Part shown: piece by piece, positions 19,846 through 28,915 of the stretch
Layout: each line of letters opens with the position of its first letter
Position numbering within the stretch: position 1 is the first letter of the stretch
Origin: a virus
Reading direction: 5' to 3' (one strand)
Virus record (IMG/VR): IMGVR_UViG_3300035188_001035
Location: 1 to 64,000 of that record
DNA: 64,000 nt
Notes under the pieces: generated by a model
Told to the model about the DNA's origin: nothing
What the model saw: only the letters and a program-made list of their open reading frames with translations
Databases searched by the model: none
Translations under genes and position numbers: made by a program

Positions 19846-21318
19846 ATGCCAATAATTTTATCTGATCCTTCTGCTGAAAGAGCGGTACTCGCAGGAATAT
19901 GTAAGTATGGCGAGGAAGTTTATCTTGATATTGCAGATATACTTCAAGAGTCTTCTTTTACCATTGATAGTAATAAAATACTATATAAGTGCTTAAAAGA
20001 TCTGTGTGAAAAGAATAGTCCTAATAGTATAGATCTCGCATCTATATATTCTGTGGCTCAAGAAGTTGGTGTGTCTCATATTTTATCCAAAAAAGAAGAG
20101 GCCCAACATCTTAGGGCGGTTTTAGATTTTCCTGTTAATAAAGAAAATGTACCTAAGTTTGCGGCTAAAATTCGTAAGCTAGAAATTGCAAGATTACTTA
20201 GGGAGCAACTAGAAAAAGCACAAGATAAAATATTAGAAATTAATGGTAGCGAATCTATATCTTCGATTATAGGACTAGCCGAGGATACGGTTTTTAATTT
20301 TACGTCGCTCCTTAACGATACTGACTCTGCTCCGGAGCAAATAGGTTCTAATCTTGATGAGTACATCGAAAATCTAGAAAAAAATAAAGTAGATCAAGTT
20401 GGTATACCAACAGGATTTCCTGTGTACGATCAGGCTATTGGCGGAGGATTAAGAAGAGGAACAGTAAATGTTATAGCGGCCAGACCCAAAACAGGAAAAA
20501 CGCTTTTGTCCGATAATATAGGAAAAAATATTGCTGATCTTGGTATTCCCATATTAAATATGGATACAGAAATGAATAAACAAGATCATATTCATAGAAT
20601 TCTTGCTATGATGAGCGAAACCGAAATCAATAGTATAGAAACCGGAAAGTTTGCTGATTCTCCGGATAAAAAGAATAAAATAGCAAAAGCTGTTAACGAA
20701 TTAAAATCTCTAAAAATATACCATAAAAGCATAGCTGGAAAACCCTTTGAAGATCAATTAGCCATCATGAGAAGATGGTTAGTTAAAGAGGTTGGTTTAA
20801 ATGATGATGGTACAGCAAAAGAGTGTGTTATATTTTATGATTATCTAAAATTAATGGATAGTTCTGGTATTAGTCAAGACCTCAAAGAATATCAATTATT
20901 AGGATTTATGATGACAAGTCTTCATAATTTTGCTGTTAGATATCAAGTGCCAATTGTGGCTTTTATTCAATTAAATAGAGATGGTATCACCAAAGAAAGT
21001 ACAGATACGGCTAGTGGATCAGATAGAATTATATGGCTATGTAGTAATTTCAGTATATTTAAACGCAAAAGCGACGAAGAAATAGCCGAAGATGGTCCGT
21101 CAGAAGGTAATCGCAAATTGGTTCCATTAATTAGCCGTCACGGCGGAGGATTAGATGATAACGATTATATTAATTGTCATATGAAAGGATGGTGTGCAAA
21201 AATCACAGAAGGAAGAACCAAATTAGAAATTTCTAATAATACAGGAACCAAAAAGAATAACAAAAATACATTTGTACTAGAAAATGATAACACAGAAGAA
21301 AACATCCCGTTTGTATAA
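19846..21318 (+). CDS. dnaB: Replicative DNA helicase, DnaB family
   Basis: AERAVLA, GIPTGF, AARPKTGKT, DYLKLM, QLNR. No intein. Confidence 0.92.
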   Translation: MPIILSDPSAERAVLAGICKYGEEVYLDIADILQESSFTIDSNKILYKCLKDLCEKNSPNSIDLASIYSVAQEVGVSHILSKKEEAQHLRAVLDFPVNKENVPKFAAKIRKLEIARLLREQLEKAQDKILEINGSESISSIIGLAEDTVFNFTSLLNDTDSAPEQIGSNLDEYIENLEKNKVDQVGIPTGFPVYDQAIGGGLRRGTVNVIAARPKTGKTLLSDNIGKNIADLGIPILNMDTEMNKQDHIHRILAMMSETEINSIETGKFADSPDKKNKIAKAVNELKSLKIYHKSIAGKPFEDQLAIMRRWLVKEVGLNDDGTAKECVIFYDYLKLMDSSGISQDLKEYQLLGFMMTSLHNFAVRYQVPIVAFIQLNRDGITKESTDTASGSDRIIWLCSNFSIFKRKSDEEIAEDGPSEGNRKLVPLISRHGGGLDDNDYINCHMKGWCAKITEGRTKLEISNNTGTKKNNKNTFVLENDNTEENIPFV

Positions 21319-22423
21319 TCAAAAACAGCTTAAAGTAATTTGCGACAAGTTGTGCGATAGTATAGATGATCTTATACAAGTATTATCTATAAGTCATTTA
21401 AAACATAACGGCAAAATGATATCGGGTAGTTGTCCCATACACAATGGAGATAATCCATCTGCTTTTAATTTATATCCTGAAGGAGAATCTTATAGAGGTA
21501 ACTGGAAATGCAGAACGCACGGATGCGAGAAAATTTTTAAAGGATCAATTATAGGCTTTATTAGGGGAGTTCTGTCGAATAAGAATTATGGCTGGGTCAC
21601 AGAAGGTGACGATACTGCATCTTTTGAAGAAACTATAGAGTTTGTAGAAGCCTTTCTAAAGCAAGAAGTACACAAGATCAAAATATCAAAACACGAGATA
21701 GAGAAAACTAATTTTACTAATATCGTTAATAATATCGTTACTAAAGCAGAGTCTCCTAAACAACTAATAACCAGACAACAAGTTAGAAAGTCTCTAGAAT
21801 ATCCTTGCAATTATTTTATTAATAGAGGTTTCAGTAACGATATTTTAGAAAAATACGATGTTGGGTTATGTAATAAATCTAATAAAGAAATGTACAATAG
21901 GGCTGTTGTACCAATTTATGATAATGATTACAAATTTTTAGTAGGATGCACAGGAAGAAGCATATTCGACAAATGTGACAAATGTGGATATTACCATGAT
22001 CAGAATTGTCCATCAGAATCAGAAGGTTGGAAATTCCCTAAATGGAAACATAATTATGAATTCAAAAGCCAAAATCATTTATACAATTTCTGGTTTGCTA
22101 AAAAATCTATACTAGAGTCTGGAAAGGTTATTCTTGTAGAAAGTCCTGGTAACGTATGGAGATTAGAACAAGCCGGTATTCATAATAGCGTAGCCATGTT
22201 TGGCTCGTCATTAAGCGATAGACAAAAAATCATATTGGATGGATCTGGTGCTATGACTATAATAACTATTATGGATAATGATTTAGCTGGTAAAAAAGCG
22301 GCTGAGATAATTTATACGAAATGTAAAAATACTTATAATATTGTGAATCTAAGTATCAATAAGCCAGATGTTGCCGAAATGACCATAGAAGAAATCGACA
22401 CAGAAATTAAGAGTAAAATATGA
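21284..22423 (+). CDS. dnaG: DNA primase (CHC2 zinc finger + TOPRIM)
   Basis: CPIH.GDN..AF...WKC..C, LVES, MDND.AG. Extra CDKC..H..C insert. Confidence 0.85.
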   Translation: MITQKKTSRLYNQKQLKVICDKLCDSIDDLIQVLSISHLKHNGKMISGSCPIHNGDNPSAFNLYPEGESYRGNWKCRTHGCEKIFKGSIIGFIRGVLSNKNYGWVTEGDDTASFEETIEFVEAFLKQEVHKIKISKHEIEKTNFTNIVNNIVTKAESPKQLITRQQVRKSLEYPCNYFINRGFSNDILEKYDVGLCNKSNKEMYNRAVVPIYDNDYKFLVGCTGRSIFDKCDKCGYYHDQNCPSESEGWKFPKWKHNYEFKSQNHLYNFWFAKKSILESGKVILVESPGNVWRLEQAGIHNSVAMFGSSLSDRQKIILDGSGAMTIITIMDNDLAGKKAAEIIYTKCKNTYNIVNLSINKPDVAEMTIEEIDTEIKSKI

Positions 22424-23016
22424 CACAAATTATTGCATTTGCTGGTCGCAAACAATCAGGGAAAACAACTTGCTCTGAAGCTCTTTTAAAATATGCGAAT
22501 GGATCAATAGTCCCCTATAATAGTGGCAAGATATATAATTTTGCTGATCCACTCAAAAAAGACATTTGCATGAATATACTTGGATTAACATATGATCAAT
22601 GCTACGGTTCTGATGACCAAAAAAATGAACTAGTAAATTGCTTTTGGGATAATAATCAATTAACAGCCAGAGAAGTTATGCAATTTGTTGGCACAAATAT
22701 TTTTAGAAAAATGCAAAATAATGTATGGGCAGATGCCACCATATCAAAAATTAAAACTGAAAATCCTAACATAGCAATAATTGCAGATTGTAGATTTCCA
22801 AACGAAGTTTCTTCAATTAAGGATGCTGGAGGCGTAGTTATAAAATTAATGCGTAATCCATACAATTCAGATCACGAAAGTGAGATTGCGTTGGATCCTG
22901 ATAATTATGATTATTCTCATTTTGATTTAGTCATTGATAATCATCGTATGTCTATACGAGAGCAAATAGATACTGTTATTAATTTCCTAACCAATAAAGG
23001 AATATTACCATTATAA
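22420..23016 (+). CDS. Deoxynucleoside monophosphate kinase
   Basis: GRKQSGKTT, FADPLK, REVMQ.VGT, DCRF.NE, H.SE. Confidence 0.85.
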   Translation: MTQIIAFAGRKQSGKTTCSEALLKYANGSIVPYNSGKIYNFADPLKKDICMNILGLTYDQCYGSDDQKNELVNCFWDNNQLTAREVMQFVGTNIFRKMQNNVWADATISKIKTENPNIAIIADCRFPNEVSSIKDAGGVVIKLMRNPYNSDHESEIALDPDNYDYSHFDLVIDNHRMSIREQIDTVINFLTNKGILPL

Positions 23017-24056
23017 TTACATATTTTCGGAGTTCGTCATACAATACTCATAGTATGTGCGAACAACAATATTTTATTGAATATGTTTTGGGTATGCGTG
23101 GACAATCTAATAAAAAAGCAGATAAAGGAACAATCTGTCATAAAGTTTTAGAATTGCTCGCTGTTATCAAAAAAGCACAACAAGATAAAATATTATTTAT
23201 AGAAGATGAAATAGTTGGTAATATAAATATTAATAAATATGATTTAGATATTCTAATCGAACAAGTATATAACTACTATATTGGTGAATTTTCCCATCAC
23301 GTTTGGGAAAGCAAAGACTTCAAAGACTGTCGTACCTGGGTTTATAAAGCCATAGAATTTAATAGTGGGGCTTTTGATCCGAGAAATAGAGAAATAGTAT
23401 GTCCAGAGCAACATTTTGATATAGAGATAAAAAAACCTTGGTCTAAATATTCATATTCTACTGATGAAGGTCAGCTAGAAGGACATCTGGCTATTAAGGG
23501 AACTATTGACTTGATCACCAAAGTGAGCGATAATACATTAGAAATCGTGGATTGGAAAACTGGAAAAAGACTTGATTGGGCAACAGGACAGGAAAAAACT
23601 CCAGAAAAATTACAGAATGATCCTCAATTGATGATTTATCATTATGCTGTTAGTCATTTATATCCAGAATATGATTATGTGATTGTGACTATATATTTTA
23701 TTAATGATGGAGGTCCATTCTCTATACTTTTTGATAAAAGCGATCTTGCAAAAACAGAAAAAATGTTACAGTCTAAATTTGAGGTGATCAAGAAAACTAA
23801 AAAACCTAGATTACATAAAACATGGATGTGTAATAAGTTGTGCCATTTTGGTAAAACAACTTTTGAAAACGACAATAAGATATTACCAATTATAGAATAT
23901 AGAGATAATCAAGTTTGTAATCCAAACTATCCAATGACAAAATGCGAACAAATAAAACACGATATAGAGATTAAGGGTATGGACGCCGTTGTATCAGAAT
24001 ATAAAAAGGATGGACATTCTTTTGGTAAATACAAAGCTCCTGGTGCAGTAGAATGA
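23010..24056 (+). CDS. PD-(D/E)XK Cas4/AddB-like exonuclease; start probably upstream of the ATG at 23055
   Basis: GTIDL, VDWKTG, QL..Y, N-terminal Cys plus a C-terminal Cys cluster. In-frame IITYFRSSSYNTHS precedes the ATG. Confidence 0.8.
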   Translation: MIITYFRSSSYNTHSMCEQQYFIEYVLGMRGQSNKKADKGTICHKVLELLAVIKKAQQDKILFIEDEIVGNININKYDLDILIEQVYNYYIGEFSHHVWESKDFKDCRTWVYKAIEFNSGAFDPRNREIVCPEQHFDIEIKKPWSKYSYSTDEGQLEGHLAIKGTIDLITKVSDNTLEIVDWKTGKRLDWATGQEKTPEKLQNDPQLMIYHYAVSHLYPEYDYVIVTIYFINDGGPFSILFDKSDLAKTEKMLQSKFEVIKKTKKPRLHKTWMCNKLCHFGKTTFENDNKILPIIEYRDNQVCNPNYPMTKCEQIKHDIEIKGMDAVVSEYKKDGHSFGKYKAPGAVE

Positions 24057-25930
24057 AATTTTATAATCCTTTACATTGTCACTCGATGTATAGTCTATTA
24101 GACGGTTTATCTAAACCTCAACAAATAGCTGATAGATGTTTAGAAATAGGATCTACCGCTTGTGCTTTAACAGACCACGGTAATATAGCTGGTGCTATTA
24201 AATTTCACAAGGTTATGAAGAAAGCTGGTATAAAACCAATTCTAGGATGTGAGTTGTATATATCAGAAGATGCTTCTATAAAAGATAAGTCAAATAAAGA
24301 ACTTAGCCATTTTATTGTATTGGCCAAAAATAAAACCGGGTGGCAGAATTTAATCAATCTGGTATCAGAGTCCAACAGACCAGACTTTTATTATCACAAG
24401 CCTAGGATCGATTTAAACAATCTGGAGAGATTCTGTGACGGCAACCTAATAGGTATTTGCGGCCATCTAGGTTCTTTATTGGCCGATAAAATTACGGAAA
24501 ATGATCAAATTATTCCTGATTGGAAAAATATAGGAACCAGATTGATAGATCAATTAAAAGATATATTTGGTCCAGAAAATTTATTCTTGGAAGCCCAATT
24601 AATGGATCAAGAAAATTTACCCATACAAAAGAAATTAACAGAAGTTGTAAGGGCATTAGGTCAATTTACAAAAACCAAAATTATATGTACTCCAGACGCT
24701 CATTATGCGAATAAAGAGGATGCTTCAGATCAAAGAATACTATTGTGTAATAATCTAAAAACCACAATGCCAGAAATTAGTAAAAAGATTAATCAAAATC
24801 AAGATATACCAATGGGGTGTTTCTTTACTTCTGATAATTATCATATTTTATCTCAAGAAGAAATTGCCGCTCTGCACACAGAAGAAGAAAGAGATAATAC
24901 TCTATTAGTATCTGATATGTGCGAAAATTATGAAATTGAAAGCAAACCTAGATTGCCACCATTTGGTTGCGATGCTCCAGATGAATTCTTAAGAGAACTA
25001 TGCAGAAAAGGATGGAAAGATAAAATACAAAATAATATACCAAAAGAACAGCAGAGTATTTATGTTGATAGAATCAAATATGAATTAGATATTTTACAAG
25101 GAGCTGGTCTTAGTAGTTACTTTTTAATAGTTCAAGATATTGTCAATCATGTTAGAGACAACAAATGGCTTCCAGGACCGGGTCGAGGTAGTGCTGCCGG
25201 GTGTCTAGTATCCTACTTAATTGGTATAACCAATATTGATCCGATAAGATATAGTTTATTGTTTGATAGATTCTACAACTCTGGACGAAATACTGGTGAT
25301 CGAGTAAGTATGCCGGATATTGATGTTGACGTTCCCATTGAAAAGAGAGAAGATATTATTTCTTATATTAAAATGAAGTATGGATCTAGTCAGGTTTCAC
25401 AGATGGTTACATTCAATACAATTAAAGGTAGAGGTGCTATTAAAGACGTATTAAGAGTATATGGTAATATTGGTTTTGAAGAAATGAATAATATTACTAA
25501 AAATATACCCGATGAAGCTAAAATAGCAGACGAACTTCAAGAAATGAAAGACGAAACAGGTGAATCGTCAATTATACGTTGGGCATTGGAGAACCAGCCA
25601 GACAAACTAAAAGAATGGTGTCATATTGATAATAATGGACAATTTCAGGGGCCGCTTGCCAAAAGATTTGAACAGGCTATTAGATTAGAGGGAACTAAAG
25701 TGAACCAATCTAAACATGCGGCTGGCGTCGTTATTGCTGATACCGAATTATCCAGCATATGTCCCATGGTGTATGATACTAAAACAAAAACTAGAATAGC
25801 CGGAATGGAAATGGAAGATTTGGAAAGTATCGGAATTGTAAAATTTGATATCCTTGGTGTTGCTATGTTGGACAAAATCATGTATATATCAGAATATCTC
25901 AAGAAAGGAGTTTCAAATGAAATTTCATGA
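24053..25930 (+). CDS. dnaE: DNA polymerase III alpha, N-terminal part (PHP + palm/thumb)
   Basis: HCHSMYSLLDG, TDHG, GPGRGSAAG, MPDIDVD, HAAGVVI, KFDILG. Ends shortly after the third catalytic Asp. Confidence 0.92.
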   Translation: MKFYNPLHCHSMYSLLDGLSKPQQIADRCLEIGSTACALTDHGNIAGAIKFHKVMKKAGIKPILGCELYISEDASIKDKSNKELSHFIVLAKNKTGWQNLINLVSESNRPDFYYHKPRIDLNNLERFCDGNLIGICGHLGSLLADKITENDQIIPDWKNIGTRLIDQLKDIFGPENLFLEAQLMDQENLPIQKKLTEVVRALGQFTKTKIICTPDAHYANKEDASDQRILLCNNLKTTMPEISKKINQNQDIPMGCFFTSDNYHILSQEEIAALHTEEERDNTLLVSDMCENYEIESKPRLPPFGCDAPDEFLRELCRKGWKDKIQNNIPKEQQSIYVDRIKYELDILQGAGLSSYFLIVQDIVNHVRDNKWLPGPGRGSAAGCLVSYLIGITNIDPIRYSLLFDRFYNSGRNTGDRVSMPDIDVDVPIEKREDIISYIKMKYGSSQVSQMVTFNTIKGRGAIKDVLRVYGNIGFEEMNNITKNIPDEAKIADELQEMKDETGESSIIRWALENQPDKLKEWCHIDNNGQFQGPLAKRFEQAIRLEGTKVNQSKHAAGVVIADTELSSICPMVYDTKTKTRIAGMEMEDLESIGIVKFDILGVAMLDKIMYISEYLKKGVSNEIS

Positions 25931-26090
25931 AGTTGCGGTTGGAGAAAAATTTATTCACAATAATCAGGAGTATATTAAGACTCCAGAAATGAGGGTCAGT
26001 TGCTGCAAGATCAAAGATAACTGTCAGATTCTTACCACAGGACAAAAGGCAGTACTAAAACCGTTGGATGAAGTAGAAAAAGTACAATAA
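25917..26090 (+). CDS. Small hypothetical protein (57 aa)
   Basis: AAGGAG RBS before the ATG at 25917; MKFHEVAVGEKFIHNNQEYIK. Confidence 0.6.
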   Translation: MKFHEVAVGEKFIHNNQEYIKTPEMRVSCCKIKDNCQILTTGQKAVLKPLDEVEKVQ

Positions 26091-26092
26091 AT

Positions 26093-26791
26093 ATGCTGAC
26101 CAAAAAAATATGTGTTTTTGACTTTGAAACCGATGGATCAAATCCTCTGGTTTGTAGTCCAGTACAATTAGCGGCTGTTATAATAGATCCCGTTAAACTA
26201 GAGATTGTTCCAGATTCTGAATTTAATGCTTTTTTTAAACCAGAACCGATGGAGAATAATTCTGATTATAAGTATGATACTGATATAATCGAATTTCATT
26301 CAAAGGTTAGAGGTTGTTCTCAAGAAGCGATATACGCCGCTTGGAACGAATATCCATCCCAAGAAGTTTCATGGAAAGCTTTTGTCAGTTATCTAGAGAA
26401 ATATAATTGTTTTGGATATAAGAAAAAGAGTATATTCTCCGCACCTATTGCCGCTGGATATAATATAAATAGATTTGATCTGAAAATTATACAAAGATTA
26501 AGCGAAAAATATAAAAATGTTGATGCTAAAGAAAATATCACCACTTTATTTTATCCAAGAGACGTACTCGACATAATGAATTTGGTATTCTATTGGTTCG
26601 AAAATATCAATATCAAAAATTATTCTTTAGATACGATCAGAGAATATATGGGAATATCAAAAGATGGTGCTCATGATGCTCTGAAAGACGTAAAAGACTG
26701 TGCCAAAATATTATTAAGATTTATGAGACTACATAGAAATTTATCTGCTAAGATTATATTTAAGGACGCCTTTTTAAATGATAAAGTTTGA
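26093..26791 (+). CDS. DEDDh 3'-5' exonuclease (DnaQ/epsilon-like)
   Basis: ExoI FDFET, ExoII GYNI..FD, ExoIII HDALKD. Confidence 0.85.
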   Translation: MLTKKICVFDFETDGSNPLVCSPVQLAAVIIDPVKLEIVPDSEFNAFFKPEPMENNSDYKYDTDIIEFHSKVRGCSQEAIYAAWNEYPSQEVSWKAFVSYLEKYNCFGYKKKSIFSAPIAAGYNINRFDLKIIQRLSEKYKNVDAKENITTLFYPRDVLDIMNLVFYWFENINIKNYSLDTIREYMGISKDGAHDALKDVKDCAKILLRFMRLHRNLSAKIIFKDAFLNDKV

Positions 26792-28382
26792 GTGCGGTTG
26801 TGAGTTCCCAACCGATAGTTTGGATAAACAAAAAACATCTATCGATTTTGATATTCATAATATAAATTTTAGTTGTCAAAAAACCTGGGACTTAATCTCT
26901 GAAGGAAATACCAAAGGATGTTTTCAATTAGAGAGCCGCCTTGGGCAAGCAATGAGTAAAAAACTCAAGCCTACTAATATAGAAGAATTATCCGCTTTGA
27001 TTAGTATTTTAAGACCAGGATGCTTGGAAGCATATAGAGATGGAAAAAGCGTATCATATCATTATATTGATAGAAAAAACGGTAACGAATCTATAGACTA
27101 TTTTCATAGTTCGTTAGAGCCAATCTTGAAAAATACTTATGGAGAAATGGTATATCAAGAACAAGCAATGGAAATAGCCAAAGATATAGCTGGCTTTAAT
27201 TTGCAAGAAGCTGATATGTTGCGTAAGGCTATAGGAAAGAAAAAGCCAGAAGAAATGGCAAAGATTAAAACCAAATTCTTAGATGGCACTAGAAGTATGG
27301 CTAAGGTATCAACAGATGAGGCCGAACAAATATTCGGATGGATAGAAAAAAGTCAAAGATATTCTTTTAATAAAAGCCATGCTGTGAGTTACGCAATCAA
27401 TGCTTATATATCAGCGTATGCTAAAACACACTTTCCAACCATTTTTTTCTTATCATATCTTAGATTAGCTAAAGATAAAATTGATCCACAATTAGAAACG
27501 TTAGAATTAATTAGTAATGCAAAGGATATGGGCATTAGTGTTTTTGGACCACAATTAAAACACAAGAATAAAGATTTTGCTATTATTGATGGAAAAATAT
27601 ATTTCGGATTAACGAACATCAAAGGATTAGGGGATTCTGTTTATCAAAAAATATTATCAATAACAGAAAATTTAGATGTTGCATCATTAGATTGGCCAAA
27701 TACATTATTAAGAATTTTGGTAAATATCAACTCGTCATCTGCTAAAGCTATAATCTTATCTGGAGCTTTAGACTATCTTAAAATTTCCAGAAATAAAATG
27801 CTATTCGAATTAAATTTGATATTGGAATTAACAGATAAAGAAATTAGTAAGTGTCTTGAAATTATACATTCTAATAAAATTAATAATTCATGCGATATAG
27901 TTAGGCTATTACTAGCAAATAGTAAAATATCTAAAAATAGACATCCAAAAGTTTTAAGTATACTTAACCAGTTATCGGATCCTTCTTATGCTTTAACAGA
28001 CGATCCTGAGTGGGTTTCTAATAATGAAAGAGACATACTCGGCGTATCGATATCGTATGCTAAAACGGACTTCTATGACTCGTCATACGCTAATACTGAC
28101 TGTAAAACTATAAAGACATTCCCTGAAAATAAACAATTTTTTCTAATAGCTGAAATTGAAAATATGAGTGTTATTGTAACTAAAAGAGGAAAAACACCAG
28201 GACAAGAAATGTGTTTTTTGAGATTATCAGATGGTGCTGGTAGTCTGGATTCTGTTGTTATGTTTCCTGATGATTTTTCTAAATATAAGGAATTACTGCT
28301 AGAGGGCCGAGTGTTGATGTTTAATGGACAAAAGAACCAAAAAAATAATTCAATTATCGCAAAAAAATGTTTTTTGGTATAG
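26778..28382 (+). CDS. dnaE: DNA polymerase III alpha, C-terminal part (fingers, HhH, OB fold)
   Basis: GCFQLES, RPGC, YQEQ.M, AD.LRKAIGKKK, YSFNKSHA, FGL..IKGLG, and the OB-fold M.F..LSD motif. Confidence 0.9.
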   Translation: MIKFECGCEFPTDSLDKQKTSIDFDIHNINFSCQKTWDLISEGNTKGCFQLESRLGQAMSKKLKPTNIEELSALISILRPGCLEAYRDGKSVSYHYIDRKNGNESIDYFHSSLEPILKNTYGEMVYQEQAMEIAKDIAGFNLQEADMLRKAIGKKKPEEMAKIKTKFLDGTRSMAKVSTDEAEQIFGWIEKSQRYSFNKSHAVSYAINAYISAYAKTHFPTIFFLSYLRLAKDKIDPQLETLELISNAKDMGISVFGPQLKHKNKDFAIIDGKIYFGLTNIKGLGDSVYQKILSITENLDVASLDWPNTLLRILVNINSSSAKAIILSGALDYLKISRNKMLFELNLILELTDKEISKCLEIIHSNKINNSCDIVRLLLANSKISKNRHPKVLSILNQLSDPSYALTDDPEWVSNNERDILGVSISYAKTDFYDSSYANTDCKTIKTFPENKQFFLIAEIENMSVIVTKRGKTPGQEMCFLRLSDGAGSLDSVVMFPDDFSKYKELLLEGRVLMFNGQKNQKNNSIIAKKCFLV

Positions 28383-28384
28383 TC

Positions 28385-28412
28385 TTGACTTGAGCTAGAA
28401 TTCTGATATAAT
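28385..28412 (+). promoter_or_regulatory. Sigma70-type promoter with extended -10 upstream of ssb
   Basis: TTGACT, 16 nt spacer (ending TGA), TATAAT; same geometry as the promoter at 11937. Confidence 0.7.
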
Positions 28413-28457
28413 ATAAGTGTTGATTGTATTTTTGTTTTAACTTAAAGGAGATTGCTT

Positions 28458-28829
28458 ATGAATATTGTAATTTTAAAAGGTAATTTAACTAGGGATCCAG
28501 AGCTACGTGTTGTTAGTAGCGGAGAAAAGCAAACATCCGTAGTTTCTTTTACGGTTGCTGTATCCAAGGATTTCACAAGAGCTAATGGAACAAAAGATAA
28601 GATTGTTTCATATATCCAATGTGAAGCGTGGGATAGCGGTGCTGAAGTCATCGGATCGTCTTTCAAAAAGGGTGATCTTGTTATGATCGAAGGTAGTTTA
28701 AGGAATGATTCTTGGGAAAAGGATGGAGTCAAGCACTCTACATTAAAGGTCAGAGTTAATAACTTTGCCAAAGTAACAAGAGTCTATAAGAAAGATGCAG
28801 TAACTGCTGAATCATCAGTAGCTTTCTGA
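28458..28829 (+). CDS. ssb: Single-stranded DNA-binding protein
   Basis: MNIVILKGNLTRDPELR, CEAW, KG..V.IEG.L...W; AAGGAG RBS. Confidence 0.92.
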   Translation: MNIVILKGNLTRDPELRVVSSGEKQTSVVSFTVAVSKDFTRANGTKDKIVSYIQCEAWDSGAEVIGSSFKKGDLVMIEGSLRNDSWEKDGVKHSTLKVRVNNFAKVTRVYKKDAVTAESSVAF

Positions 28830-28831
28830 GA

Positions 28832-28861
28832 TTGACATAATATATATGTGATCTATATAAT
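28832..28861 (+). promoter_or_regulatory. Possible sigma70 promoter for the glycosyltransferase operon
   Basis: TTGACA at 28832 and TATAAT at 28856 (18 nt spacer). Confidence 0.45.
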
Positions 28862-28863
28862 AG

Positions 28864-28887
28864 GGGGCGACACACGCCCCTTATTTT
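28864..28887 (+). terminator. Intrinsic terminator-like hairpin after ssb
   Basis: GGGGCG-acaca-CGCCCC followed by TTATTTT. Confidence 0.65.
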
Positions 28888-28915
28888 ATATACCTCAAAA
28901 AGAAACAGTAATAAT

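Noticed and set aside
23010-24056. Cas4-like gene as part of a CRISPR-Cas system
   Set aside because: No array or other cas genes are present; stand-alone Cas4-like nucleases are common in phage replication modules.
26778-26890. MIK…DIHN start of the DnaE C-part as a split-intein C fragment
   Set aside because: HN is not followed by C/S/T, the segment fits the normal DnaE region preceding the fingers, and the N-part has no intein N fragment.
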